Origin: Thiomicrorhabdus sp.
GTDB lineage: Bacteria; Pseudomonadota; Gammaproteobacteria; Thiomicrospirales; Thiomicrospiraceae
Length of the DNA: 64,000 nucleotides
Assembly: GCF_963662555.1 (NCBI RefSeq)
Contig: NZ_OY759719.1
Coordinates: 576,985 to 640,984, forward strand
Direction of reading: 5' to 3'
Position numbers and translations under genes: made by a program
In this document: positions 50,270 through 60,517 of the stretch, one piece after another
Position numbering within the stretch: position 1 is the stretch's first letter
Layout of the letters: each line of letters opens with the position of its first letter
Notes under the pieces: model-generated
What the model was told of the DNA's origin: nothing
The model's database searches: none
The model's input: the letters and a program-made list of their open reading frames with translations, nothing else

Positions 50270-50862
50270 TAAAAGAAACCTTGACCAATAGTGATGGTGT
50301 CACCTGGCATAACCCGGTCTTCCATTGAAACGTATTTTGGTTTTTTGTTTTTATCTGCTTCACGAATAATAGTTATGCGGCGTTCAGAGGCTCGCTCTGT
50401 TAAACCTCCTGCTAAAGCAGTCGCTCTCCTTACCGTTAACCCGGGTTGGTATGGATAGCCGCCAGGCTGTTTAACTTCACCACTTATATAGAACTGACGG
50501 TATTCTAAAATACTGACACTGACTTTAGGGTTAACTAAATAATCACCTTCTAGCTTGGCAGCAATTTTGTTTTGTAGTTGTAAGGCGGTTAATCCTTGTG
50601 CATTAACTTCACCCAAAAATGGGTAAGAAAAACTGCCAGCATCGTTGAGTTTAAGGGATTCAAAACTTAAGTCAGGCTCAGCGAATACAGTGATTGAAAT
50701 AACATCTCCAGAGGAGAGTTGGTAATCAGTATTGGTGCTTTTTGTTGTGTCTGCCCAGGCTAAAGCAGACATAAGAATGAGGTTGAGAGTGATGATTAGG
50801 CGTAAAAACTTTGCCATAAATACTTTACCTGATTTGTGTTGTTGAATATGCAATGAGTGCAT
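50269..50862 (-). CDS. wza: short Wza/GumB-type polysaccharide export protein
   Basis: 197 aa. The likely start is the internal Met at 50817 (MAKFLRLIITLNLILMSALAWA). It has Poly_export/SLBB-like motifs (SSGDVISI, PGDTITI). Confidence 0.85.
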   Translation of the reverse strand: MHSLHIQQHKSGKVFMAKFLRLIITLNLILMSALAWADTTKSTNTDYQLSSGDVISITVFAEPDLSFESLKLNDAGSFSYPFLGEVNAQGLTALQLQNKIAAKLEGDYLVNPKVSVSILEYRQFYISGEVKQPGGYPYQPGLTVRRATALAGGLTERASERRITIIREADKNKKPKYVSMEDRVMPGDTITIGQGFF

Positions 50863-50887
50863 TGTGTAAAGTAATGCACACTTGAGA

Positions 50888-52063
50888 TTATAAGCCGACA
50901 GTAAATGTTAGTTTAAAAATATTACGGTTATATTCTTGTGCATTGTCAGTTGAGGTTCTGTTACTATTTTGATAATCAAAAGCGATATCGGCCCAACGAC
51001 GAATATTGTAGGTAATGCCCGCACCAACCGAGTTGGTTGTATCCTTACGAATACCTTTGTAGTCATCTGTTCTGTTGCTTAAATAGACTTGACTTGCATA
51101 ACCTCTGCCCCAATCGTGTTTCCATCGCAAGTTATTATTTGTGGTATCGGTGTAAGAAGCTCCGTAACTACCTTCATCAATTTTTTGATTTGTAGTAAAG
51201 ATGACGGTTGAATAGGTTAATGGACTCCAATCTACACTGACCTCCCATGTAGTGAGGCTGGCATTTTTTCGGTTTGCATCATCAAAATCTTTTGTTTCAC
51301 TACCAATTTTTGCATGCCCAGTAGTTTTTGCGGTTGCTTCCCACTGTGCACCGAGTAAGTAAGATAGATTGGTGCTGTTTAATGCTTTATTGGTGATGTA
51401 GTCATAGCGAGAGCCGTTAAGTTCTGCTACTAATTTAGTTTTATCAGTGACTTTATACAAAAAAGCAGCTCTGTATGCGTTTGAATCTCTTTCTCGGTCT
51501 AAGTTCAAACCATTGTCTGAGCGATAGATAACATGATTTACACCAAGTTCTATATTGCCAGTAGCTGATGGAGCACCATAAACATAGCTAGCACCGATAT
51601 TGGTTTGTTTGAAGCTGTTAATGGTTCCAGGAACATATGCATTTGCAGCACTTTCTGTTCTGTTTAGGCCCGCTTCAATATCAAGTTTATTGCGAACATC
51701 AAAATTAAATGTTCCTGTGCCTTTAACAAAGTAACTGGTTAAGTCTTTAGCGTTTGACGCACTATACATGTCGTGTTTTATGCCGGACTTTAATTGATAA
51801 AGGGTTTTATCTCCGTATGCGGTGATTTGCACGCCAGGTGCAATAGTGGTAATCCAAGAATCAGGACCATTTTTTATGGCTTGGTAGTTGTCATCATAAG
51901 TGCCAGAAACTTCTAGTGCAGGGGTAACTTCAATGCCATCAAAGTCGATAGCTGCTGGGTCTAGGGCGTAGCTTGTACCACTATGGATTAAGGCTATAGC
52001 CGTAATAAGGTGTTTATTATACTTATTCATAATGTAATGCTCGCAGTTACCCCTGCAAAGCAT
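50888..52063 (-). CDS. outer-membrane beta-barrel protein of the EPS locus
   Basis: 391 aa. The likely start is 52030 (MNKYNKHLITAIALIHSGTSYA signal). It shows an alternating amphipathic strand pattern rich in Y/G/N/T. Confidence 0.6.
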   Translation of the reverse strand: MLCRGNCEHYIMNKYNKHLITAIALIHSGTSYALDPAAIDFDGIEVTPALEVSGTYDDNYQAIKNGPDSWITTIAPGVQITAYGDKTLYQLKSGIKHDMYSASNAKDLTSYFVKGTGTFNFDVRNKLDIEAGLNRTESAANAYVPGTINSFKQTNIGASYVYGAPSATGNIELGVNHVIYRSDNGLNLDRERDSNAYRAAFLYKVTDKTKLVAELNGSRYDYITNKALNSTNLSYLLGAQWEATAKTTGHAKIGSETKDFDDANRKNASLTTWEVSVDWSPLTYSTVIFTTNQKIDEGSYGASYTDTTNNNLRWKHDWGRGYASQVYLSNRTDDYKGIRKDTTNSVGAGITYNIRRWADIAFDYQNSNRTSTDNAQEYNRNIFKLTFTVGL

Positions 52064-52100
52064 TTGCTAAACAGGGAGGTTTAAGTCATATCTTTTGATT

Positions 52101-52574
52101 TTAGTTAGGACTTGAAGATCCACCACCGCCTGATGGCGTTGGAATGTTTGATGTTGCGGCAATCGCTGTTGGGTTTGTGATACCCGCAGCAGTTGGTGCT
52201 AAATCAATCATTAATGCGGCAATTTGTGCAATGTTATCAGGTGAAGCAGCCATTGCGGCATCTGCAAATTGTTGTGATAGCTCAGGGTGAGCATCAACAG
52301 CCCCTGTTAGAATGGCGTTGACCATGTTTTCGTCAGCAGAGTACTTTGCCACAAGCTCGGCAATCTGATCTACTAAGCTTTGACAGCTTTCAGATACAAC
52401 AAAGTCCTCTTTTGGGTTTGGTTTTTTGCATTGAATGTCTTTAAGGGCAGTGGCTTCTTCTTTAGTTAAGGCTCCACCGGCTTTTTCAATCGCGGCAACG
52501 GTTTTTTGATCAGCATTTGCATGGGTTGCAAATAGTAGCAAAGAGGTTGCTAGTATAGTCAATATGTTACGCAT
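52101..52574 (-). CDS. secreted Ala-rich hypothetical protein (first gene of EPS export operon)
   Basis: 157 aa with signal peptide MRNILTILATSLLLFATHANA, two Cys and a C-terminal PSGGGGSSSPN. I recognise no family. Confidence 0.55.
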   Translation of the reverse strand: MRNILTILATSLLLFATHANADQKTVAAIEKAGGALTKEEATALKDIQCKKPNPKEDFVVSESCQSLVDQIAELVAKYSADENMVNAILTGAVDAHPELSQQFADAAMAASPDNIAQIAALMIDLAPTAAGITNPTAIAATSNIPTPSGGGGSSSPN

Positions 52575-53334
52575 CTTAATGCTCCTGTATTTGTTTTGTG
52601 TAGTTCTGTATTTACGTTTATACGGTTAATAACGATTAGATAATTTTTGTAATTTCCATTAAAAAATCAGCAATGAAGGCAATTACTTTTCTTATACACT
52701 ACGATGCGTATTCATACTTAAGATTCTATTTTATATAAGTAGGCGTTTATAATCAAATTTATAATCACATTAATTTAGTTAAAAGTATCAACAAATTTAT
52801 AAGCAGATTTTAAAGCAAGGTTAGTTGGTTTTCTTCAAAAGAATTAATGAGTTAACGCTGAATGAAAATACAGTCCTTAAGACGGCACAATATTTATTTT
52901 TTACTAATTTATTATCATATGCGTGTGTATATTTGTTAACGCAAGTTTTCTTCATCATTAAGGGTGATTGAGTGTTCTGTTTTTCGTATATATACTAGTG
53001 TCGTTATACCTGTTTTGTTGTGTCAGATTTGTTACGATTTGTTTAACCTTGAATTAAACTTGAGTTAATGTGAGTAACTTACAGGTCTGTAGTCTAAAAT
53101 TTTGATTTAGAATAACTCGTGCAACGCTAGTTTTGAGTCTTAAGGCAAGTGGCTATATGATTGCAGAAAGGGCTGGTATTTCATAAAATGACATATAACG
53201 TCTTATAATAGCTTAGGCCAAATTTACTAACTTGGTATTATCTTGAATTCTTTGGAAGAGTTGCTAGGTTAAGTTTGTTTTAGAAACTGTTAAACGCCGC
53301 ATCAAATAATATATAAAATCACCTTGAGGTTTAT

Positions 53335-54147
53335 TTGGATACTTTAGTTAGAAATAGAATCATTAATTTTTTTGTGGTTCTGTTGCTTATCATTATTGCA
53401 TGGATGCTAGGTAAGTTCTTTTGGGCGGTAATGGATAGCCCTAAAAAAGAACTGTTGTTACCTGTCATACAGAATGCCCAAGTCAATCAAGCTAAGTCCA
53501 CTGCGATTGCTCCTATCACTCTGTTTGGTCGTTCTCAATCAGATTTATCTACTCGTCCTGCTATTTCTCAAGAAAATGTTCAAAAAACCCGTTTAAAACT
53601 GAAGTTGTTGGGTAGTTTAGTAGGCCCAGATTTTGGTGTGGCTATTATTGAGAATGCAGGTAAGTCAGAAAGCTATAGTTTAGAAGAGACAATTCAAAAC
53701 GGAGTCATACTCAAAGAAGTTTACCCTGACTATGTCGTGATTAGTCACAACGGGCTTTTAGAAAAGTTGCAAATGATAAAAGATGACGATGTGTTTATAC
53801 CAAATACAGATTCTCCGGAATTAAATCAGCGTCAGTTAACCATTCTTAAAAACGTTAAAGAAAATGCCTTGAAGAATCCGATATCAATTATGCGTTATGT
53901 GCGTTTTCAGATGGTTCAAAAAGAGGGTAAGGTCACTTCTGTAAAAGTGTGGCCACAAAAAGAAGCAGAGATATTTCGCTCTCTTGGTTTTATGCCAGGT
54001 GATGAGTTGCAAACAGTAGATGGACATTCGATTGCAGAGCTGACTAAGTCGCCTGCCTTGTGGCAATCACTTTTAAAGAAAACAAATTTAGAGTTAACGT
54101 TAATTAGAAATGGCCAAACACAGAATGTGTCGGTTAATCTGGATTAG
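53335..54147 (+). CDS. gspC: type II secretion system protein C
   Basis: 270 aa from a TTG. It has an N-terminal TM anchor and a C-terminal PDZ-like region, and lies directly upstream of gspD. Confidence 0.8.
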   Translation: MDTLVRNRIINFFVVLLLIIIAWMLGKFFWAVMDSPKKELLLPVIQNAQVNQAKSTAIAPITLFGRSQSDLSTRPAISQENVQKTRLKLKLLGSLVGPDFGVAIIENAGKSESYSLEETIQNGVILKEVYPDYVVISHNGLLEKLQMIKDDDVFIPNTDSPELNQRQLTILKNVKENALKNPISIMRYVRFQMVQKEGKVTSVKVWPQKEAEIFRSLGFMPGDELQTVDGHSIAELTKSPALWQSLLKKTNLELTLIRNGQTQNVSVNLD

Positions 54148-54165
54148 ATGAAATAGGGACAAATT

Positions 54166-56343
54166 ATGAATATCGCTCACAATGCAAACAACCAGGAGAG
54201 CAAGGTGTTGTTTAGAAATCAATATTTTATAAAGACTCTATTTCAAGCTTTATTAGTGACAACGGTGAGTTTTGTACTGTTATTTTCAAGCACTCAATCG
54301 GCATTGGCTGAAGGAACCTTAAAACAGAATTTTAAACAGGCTGATATTAAAACGGTGATTGAGGCTGTAGCTAAGATTACCGGTAAAAACTTTATTATTG
54401 ACCCTCGCGTAAAAGGGAATGTAACTTTTATTGCTCCTGAAGGGATGAAACCTGAAGAGTTGTATGACTCTTTGTTAGCTGTTCTGAATGTTTATGGTTA
54501 TGTAGCAATACCTGCGGATGGTGTTATTAAGGTGGTGCCGGCGAATATTGCACGAGATCAAATCCCTTACCGTAATTGGACTGAGTATGATGAAGATTGG
54601 GTAACCGAAGTTATTAGTATTTATAACGTTAATGCCAGTAAGTTAGTGGCAGTTTTACGCCCGTTAGTTGCTAAAGAAGGGCATTTAGTGGCGTTGGCGG
54701 AAAGCAATAAATTGATTGTTTCAGATACGGTTTCTAATATTAAGCGTTTAAAAAGTATTTTAAAACGTGTAGATGTTGATGTTAAAGGTGCTTTTGAGGT
54801 GATTCCTATTAAAAACACCTCAGCAGTTGATTTGGCAAAAACTTTAAAAAGTGTGATGCCTAAAAATCAAGGTGGTGTTGATGCAACGATTGGTTTTGAT
54901 GCTCGCTCAAATCGAATTATTTTAAGTGGCGATGAAATTAAACGCATGATGTTACGTGCGTTAATTGCAGAACTTGATGTACCGATGGATGCCGAAGGCG
55001 GTGTTCAAGTTATTTATTTACGCTACGCTAAAGCTGCAGATATTGCTCCAATTTTGCAAAAAATTGCCAGTAATCAAGCTATTCAAGTTAGCGAAGAAAC
55101 CACCACCACTTCTTCTGCGCCAAAAGCAGCTGCAGCTCCTGAAAGTGTGGCTGGGATTCCTGAACAGGTTACTGGTTTGAATATGTCGGTTTTGAATAAA
55201 AACGAGCTTAAAGAAAAAATTAGTATTGAAGCCGATGAACGCATGAATGCTTTGGTTATCAGTGCACCAACTGCTGTTGCAAATGGTTTGAAAAAAGTTA
55301 TAAAGCAGTTGGACATTAGGCGTGCTCAAGTATTGATTGAAGCAATTTTTGTTGAAATTGCAGCAGATAAAGCGGCTGCATTGGGTGTTGAATGGGGCCT
55401 AAGTGGTGCAGGCGGTGCGGGAGTTATTAACTTTTCGGGTGCGATTCCTGCATTGATTGGTAACTCTGGCAATGTATTGGCTCAGTCTCAGGTTATCGGT
55501 TCGGGCATTACCTTAGCAGGCGGTAATGTTGATTCAGATGGTTATGGATGGGGGGCTTTGATTAGTGCCTTAAACTCAGATTCATCTTCTAATATTTTGG
55601 CAACACCTTCTGTATTAACTTTGGATAATGAAGAAGCTGAAATTTTAGTGGGTAAAGAGGTGCCGTTTCAAACGGGAACTTATGCCAATACTGGAACTTC
55701 AATCACTAATCCGTTTAGTACAATTGAACGAAAAAATGTGGGTTTGAAACTAAAAGTTAAGCCGCAAATCAATGAAGGTAATGAGGTCTACTTGGATATT
55801 GATCAAGAAGTTTCTGATGTGATTGATAAGGGTCAAGCAATAGACATTCAAACTTCTAAACGCCAAATTAAAACCAAGGTTATTGTAGGCGATGGCAAGA
55901 TGGTTGTGCTAGGTGGTTTGATTAATGAAAAAGAAGTTCGTTCAAAATCAAAAGTTCCAGGCCTGGGTGATATACCTGGTTTGGGTAGTCTATTTAGCTC
56001 ATCAAAAGATACTCGTGAAAAAGTGAATTTAATGGTGTTTTTACGCCCGATAATTATTCGCAATAATGAGATGAGCGACTATTACAGTAATAAAAAATAT
56101 AACTATATTTATCAACAACAAGAAGATATGTTGAATAAAAAAGAAGGACAGTTATTAGAAGGACTTCGTCCAAGATTACCTACACAAAAGCAATTTGAAA
56201 ATAGCGAGCCTGCAACACCGTACAGTGAGGAGCAAAAAGCCAAAGAAACGGCGGCTAAAGAACAAGCTAAAACAGATAAAGCGAGTAAAAAAGATGACTC
56301 ATTGATTCAAGAAATGAGTACAGAAGACCTGTTAGGTTTATAA
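54166..56343 (+). CDS. gspD: type II secretion system secretin
   Basis: 725 aa with N-domains and a secretin core (VPGLGDIPGLGSLF). It carries a Lys/Glu-rich C-terminal tail. Confidence 0.95.
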   Translation: MNIAHNANNQESKVLFRNQYFIKTLFQALLVTTVSFVLLFSSTQSALAEGTLKQNFKQADIKTVIEAVAKITGKNFIIDPRVKGNVTFIAPEGMKPEELYDSLLAVLNVYGYVAIPADGVIKVVPANIARDQIPYRNWTEYDEDWVTEVISIYNVNASKLVAVLRPLVAKEGHLVALAESNKLIVSDTVSNIKRLKSILKRVDVDVKGAFEVIPIKNTSAVDLAKTLKSVMPKNQGGVDATIGFDARSNRIILSGDEIKRMMLRALIAELDVPMDAEGGVQVIYLRYAKAADIAPILQKIASNQAIQVSEETTTTSSAPKAAAAPESVAGIPEQVTGLNMSVLNKNELKEKISIEADERMNALVISAPTAVANGLKKVIKQLDIRRAQVLIEAIFVEIAADKAAALGVEWGLSGAGGAGVINFSGAIPALIGNSGNVLAQSQVIGSGITLAGGNVDSDGYGWGALISALNSDSSSNILATPSVLTLDNEEAEILVGKEVPFQTGTYANTGTSITNPFSTIERKNVGLKLKVKPQINEGNEVYLDIDQEVSDVIDKGQAIDIQTSKRQIKTKVIVGDGKMVVLGGLINEKEVRSKSKVPGLGDIPGLGSLFSSSKDTREKVNLMVFLRPIIIRNNEMSDYYSNKKYNYIYQQQEDMLNKKEGQLLEGLRPRLPTQKQFENSEPATPYSEEQKAKETAAKEQAKTDKASKKDDSLIQEMSTEDLLGL
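55957..55966. repeat. CCAGGCCTGG palindrome, exact copy
   Basis: Inside gspD, read as P-G-L. Confidence 0.95.
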
Positions 56344-56363
56344 GGTAGCAAGGACGCAATATT

Positions 56364-57815
56364 ATGAATGTTACCTTACCCTTTGGTTTTGCCAATAAAA
56401 ATAAAGTATTGGTTAAAAGTCTAGATGCAGGCTTGCAGGTTGAATACACGACTGAAACTCCCGGCAGTGCTCTATTAGAGTTACAAAGACAATTTGCAAG
56501 TTGTGATATTGAGCTTAAAAAAATTGATCAAGCCCAGTTTGATATGGAGATTCAATCAAGTTATTCATCGCACGGTCAAGAATCAATGCAAGCTATTGAG
56601 GCGATTGAAACCGAGGATTTAGCCTCAGTTTTTGCTGAAGTGGGTGAGCCAGAAGATCTATTAGATAGTGAAGATGAAGCCCCTATCATTAAACTGCTGA
56701 ATGCAATTTTAGGTGAGGCGATTCGTTCTCGTGCTTCTGATATTCATATTGAACCGTTTGAAAACCAATTACGTATCCGTTTTAGAATTGACGGCATTTT
56801 AAAAACCGTACTCACTCCCAAAATCGCTTTAGCCTCAATGTTGGTATCTCGTATTAAGGTTATGGCTCGTCTAGATATTGCTGAAAAACGCTTGCCACAA
56901 GATGGTCGTATCTCTTTAAAACTTGGTGGTAGAGCGGTAGATTTAAGGGTTTCAACTATACCGTCAAGCTATGGCGAACGTGTGGTATTACGTCTATTAG
57001 ACAAAAGTGCAGGCCGTTTAAATCTTAAAGAACTCAAACTTCCTGAGCAAGTAGAAAAGGGTGTGCAAGCCGCGTTAGCTAAATCACATGGTATTTTCTT
57101 GGTCACGGGGCCAACAGGTTCTGGTAAAACCACCACCTTATATGCTGGCTTAACGTTATTAAATGATGCCGAACGTAATATTATGACAGTCGAAGATCCG
57201 ATTGAATATCACATTGATGGCATTAATCAAACCCAAGTAAATACCAAGGCCGATATGACGTTTGCTAAAGGTTTAAGAGCCATTTTACGTCAAGACCCAG
57301 ATGTGGTGATGGTGGGTGAGATTCGTGATGCAGAAACTGCCACTATTGCGGTGCAAGCCTCTTTGACAGGGCATTTGGTATTATCCACTTTACATACTAA
57401 TTCTGCAGTCGGTGCAGTAACTCGTTTGAGAGATATGGGGGTTGAACCTTTTTTACTCTCATCAAGTATTGTTGGAGTTTTAGCTCAGCGTTTAGTACGT
57501 GAGTTATGTGATTGTAAAACCCCGCATGAAGCCGACGAGGTGGAATGTGAAATTTTGGGTGTTAAACATGCCACGATTTATGAGCCAAATGGTTGTGAAG
57601 CTTGCCGATATACTGGTTATAAAGGACGAATGGGATTGTATGAGCTGTTTTTAATGGATGAAAAACTTCGTGCGATGATCTATTCAAATATGACCGAAGA
57701 TGAGATTGAAGCGGTATTACGAAAGTCTTCAAAATCGTTACGAGATAATGGTTACGAGGCTGTTTTAAAAGGTCATACCAATTTATCTGAAGTACAACGA
57801 GTTACTCAGGTTTAG
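56364..57815 (+). CDS. gspE: type II secretion ATPase
   Basis: 483 aa with Walker A GPTGSGKTTT and a tetracysteine motif (CDC...CEAC). Confidence 0.95.
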   Translation: MNVTLPFGFANKNKVLVKSLDAGLQVEYTTETPGSALLELQRQFASCDIELKKIDQAQFDMEIQSSYSSHGQESMQAIEAIETEDLASVFAEVGEPEDLLDSEDEAPIIKLLNAILGEAIRSRASDIHIEPFENQLRIRFRIDGILKTVLTPKIALASMLVSRIKVMARLDIAEKRLPQDGRISLKLGGRAVDLRVSTIPSSYGERVVLRLLDKSAGRLNLKELKLPEQVEKGVQAALAKSHGIFLVTGPTGSGKTTTLYAGLTLLNDAERNIMTVEDPIEYHIDGINQTQVNTKADMTFAKGLRAILRQDPDVVMVGEIRDAETATIAVQASLTGHLVLSTLHTNSAVGAVTRLRDMGVEPFLLSSSIVGVLAQRLVRELCDCKTPHEADEVECEILGVKHATIYEPNGCEACRYTGYKGRMGLYELFLMDEKLRAMIYSNMTEDEIEAVLRKSSKSLRDNGYEAVLKGHTNLSEVQRVTQV

Positions 57816-57854
57816 TGTTTATGAGAATGAATATGAAACCAATGGATTTTTTAC

Positions 57855-59078
57855 ATGCCAGCGTTTGAATACAAGGCATTAACCACTTCTGGCAAGCTTA
57901 AAAAAGGCTTTTTAGAGGGTGATTCTGAAAAACAAATTCGCCAAATGTTACGTGATCAAGGGCTGGTTCCTACTGAAATAGAGCCACTTTCAAAAGCCCC
58001 TAAAGCGGGTTTAGAAGGAAGCCGTTCTCTTTTTGTATCACCCATTAAAACAGCAGATTTATCTTTATTTACCCGAGAGCTATATACACTTTTAGATGCG
58101 GGAACGCCTCTTAATGAGGCTTTAAAATCAATGGCACAGCAGGCTGAATCAAAACAGATGAGACGTTTTGTTACCAGCTTGCACACTAAGGTTGCTGAGG
58201 GGCATGGTTTAGCCAGTGCATTAAGCCAAGCACCATTTACCGTGCCCACGGATGTTATTGCCACCATTCAAGCGGGTGAAGAGAGTGGTTATTTAGATAA
58301 GGTGTTGTCTCGTTTAGCTGAATCCATTGAGCAGCGTGACCAGCTTAATAAGAAGATGAAAACAGCCCTAATTTATCCTATTTTAATGGTAGTTGTTGCG
58401 GTTGTGATTGTGTTCTTTTTAATGATGTATGTTGTGCCTAAAGTGGTTAAGGTGTTTGATAATATGCAACAGACGTTGCCGCCTTTAACTCAAGGTTTAT
58501 TGAGCTTTAGTGACTTTATTCAACATCAGTGGGGTTGGTTATTGTTTATGGGTGTTGCAGTGTGGGGGTTATTTATTTGGTTAATGCGTCAACCAAAAGG
58601 TCGCTATAAAGTACATCAAATGTTACTGAATACCCCTGGTATTAGTCGTTTTTTAATTTACTCTTCGGCGGCTCGTTGGGCAAGAACACTAGGGGTTTTA
58701 CTTTCGAGTGGTGTAGCGATTCAAGATGCACTTAAGATTGCTGCTGAGGTGGTGACCTTAGAACCGTTAAAAACAGCCGTGGTTAAAATGGTGTCTGATG
58801 TTCGTGAAGGTGAATCGGTTGCAAAATCTATGCAAGTTGCGGGGTTTTTTCCGCCATTATTATTGAACCTAGTAAGAACGGGTGAGGGTAAAGGTCAGTT
58901 AGATACCATGTTACTTAAGGGTGCAAAACATTATGAGTTTTCAGTAGAAACTGCGGCCAATACATTAGTGAGTGTTTTAGAGCCTATTTTGATTATTGTA
59001 ATGGGTGCGGTGGTATTGACTGTGGTATTGGCAATTATGATGCCAATTTTTGAAATGAATCAAATGGTTGGTAATTAA
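57855..59078 (+). CDS. gspF: type II secretion inner-membrane platform protein
   Basis: 407 aa with a duplicated GspF domain and 3 TM segments. Confidence 0.95.
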   Translation: MPAFEYKALTTSGKLKKGFLEGDSEKQIRQMLRDQGLVPTEIEPLSKAPKAGLEGSRSLFVSPIKTADLSLFTRELYTLLDAGTPLNEALKSMAQQAESKQMRRFVTSLHTKVAEGHGLASALSQAPFTVPTDVIATIQAGEESGYLDKVLSRLAESIEQRDQLNKKMKTALIYPILMVVVAVVIVFFLMMYVVPKVVKVFDNMQQTLPPLTQGLLSFSDFIQHQWGWLLFMGVAVWGLFIWLMRQPKGRYKVHQMLLNTPGISRFLIYSSAARWARTLGVLLSSGVAIQDALKIAAEVVTLEPLKTAVVKMVSDVREGESVAKSMQVAGFFPPLLLNLVRTGEGKGQLDTMLLKGAKHYEFSVETAANTLVSVLEPILIIVMGAVVLTVVLAIMMPIFEMNQMVGN

Positions 59079-59147
59079 CACTTAAAGGTTTATTACGGAA
59101 AAGCCAAATGGAAAACGAAAACTAACTATTTTAAGAAGGTTAATTTA

Positions 59148-59594
59148 ATGGAAAGATTAATGAATAAACAAAAACTGAGACTTCAAAAGGGTTTTACACT
59201 GATTGAGTTAATGGTGGTTGTGGTTATTTTGGCAGTTTTAGCAGGCCTGGTTGTTCCTAATTTAATGGATCGACCTGATGAAGCACGTCTTGTTAAAGCC
59301 AAACAAGATATTTCAGCTATTTCATCGGCCTTAAAACTATATAAATTAGATAATTTTGTTTATCCAACAACTGATCAAGGCTTAGAAGCTTTAGTGACTA
59401 AACCGGATACAGATCCCGTTCCAAAAAATTGGAAAAATCTATTAGATAATGTACCTCTTGACCCATGGGGCAATCCGTATTTGTATTTATCGCCAGGTGA
59501 ACATGGTGCTTTTGATCTGTTTACCTATGGGGCTGACGGAGTAGAAGGGGGTGAAGGTGTGAATGCAACTATAGGCCAATGGAACATAAAGTAA
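59148..59594 (+). CDS. gspG: major pseudopilin
   Basis: 148 aa with the prepilin leader/cleavage motif [16 protein letters not shown]. Confidence 0.95.
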   Translation: MERLMNKQKLRLQKGFTLIELMVVVVILAVLAGLVVPNLMDRPDEARLVKAKQDISAISSALKLYKLDNFVYPTTDQGLEALVTKPDTDPVPKNWKNLLDNVPLDPWGNPYLYLSPGEHGAFDLFTYGADGVEGGEGVNATIGQWNIK

Positions 59595-59616
59595 GCCATT
59601 TAAAAGGACAACTCTA

Positions 59617-60129
59617 ATGGCCAACCGTGCTCTAGAATCACTCAAAAATCAGCAAGGGTTTACGCTGATAGAGTTAATGGTTGTTGTGGTCATTATGAGT
59701 GTGGTGGTTTCGGTTGGGGTTCTTTCATTAGGGCGGATTAATCAAGATTTGGCCGAGAATCAGCAGGCTAAAATTGAAAGCTATTTCAAACAGGTAGCTG
59801 ATCAATCGGCTTTTAATCAAAAAATGTATTTAATTGCTCCAGATGATGAAGGCTTAACCACCTACAAATATGTGAATTATGAATGGCAACCTGCAGATGA
59901 TATTGCCAATTTAGCTTGGCAAAATGGATTTGAAGTCTCTTGGGTTTTGGATGAACATTTTGCAGAGCAACAAAAACTTACCAGGCCTGGTTGGGTGTTT
60001 TGGCCCAGTGGTGATGTTTTAAGTGGCAGCATTACATTAAAGAACTTAGATACAAATACTGGTAGCTCTGCAACCAACAGAGAAATGAAACTCAGTTGGA
60101 ATGAAGCACTAGAGTTCACTCGAGATTAA
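59617..60129 (+). CDS. gspH: minor pseudopilin H
   Basis: 170 aa with [16 protein letters not shown]. Confidence 0.85.
   Translation: MANRALESLKNQQGFTLIELMVVVVIMSVVVSVGVLSLGRINQDLAENQQAKIESYFKQVADQSAFNQKMYLIAPDDEGLTTYKYVNYEWQPADDIANLAWQNGFEVSWVLDEHFAEQQKLTRPGWVFWPSGDVLSGSITLKNLDTNTGSSATNREMKLSWNEALEFTRD
59981..59990. repeat. CCAGGCCTGG palindrome, exact copy
   Basis: Inside gspH, read as R-P-G. Confidence 0.95.
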
Positions 60130-60142
60130 GGCGTAAGTTAGC

Positions 60143-60517
60143 ATGGTTAAGAGAATCAATAAATTTGCTGGCTTTACCTTAATTGAAGTCATGGTGGCCT
60201 TGGCGATTATTGCTATTGCCTTATCTGCAGTGAGCCGAAGTTTAGGAGTAACTGTCTCTAACCAATCACATTTAGAGTCACGAGTGGTAGCAACTTGGGT
60301 GGCAGAAAATGTGATTGCTCAGCAGCAAATTTCTGCTGGGAGTAATGATGAATCTACTCAAACGGTGGAGATGTTAAATCGTAAATGGCTAGTCACCTCA
60401 CAAACAGAATCCACTTTTTTGCCAGAAATTTACCGCTTGTCTGTTGAGGTTAAAGAACAAGGAAGCGAAGAAGTTTCAGCTAATTTATTTAGCGTTGTAG
60501 GTACCAATGACAAGTAA
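60143..60517 (+). CDS. gspI: minor pseudopilin I
   Basis: 124 aa with AGFTLIEVMVALAII. Confidence 0.85.
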   Translation: MVKRINKFAGFTLIEVMVALAIIAIALSAVSRSLGVTVSNQSHLESRVVATWVAENVIAQQQISAGSNDESTQTVEMLNRKWLVTSQTESTFLPEIYRLSVEVKEQGSEEVSANLFSVVGTNDK

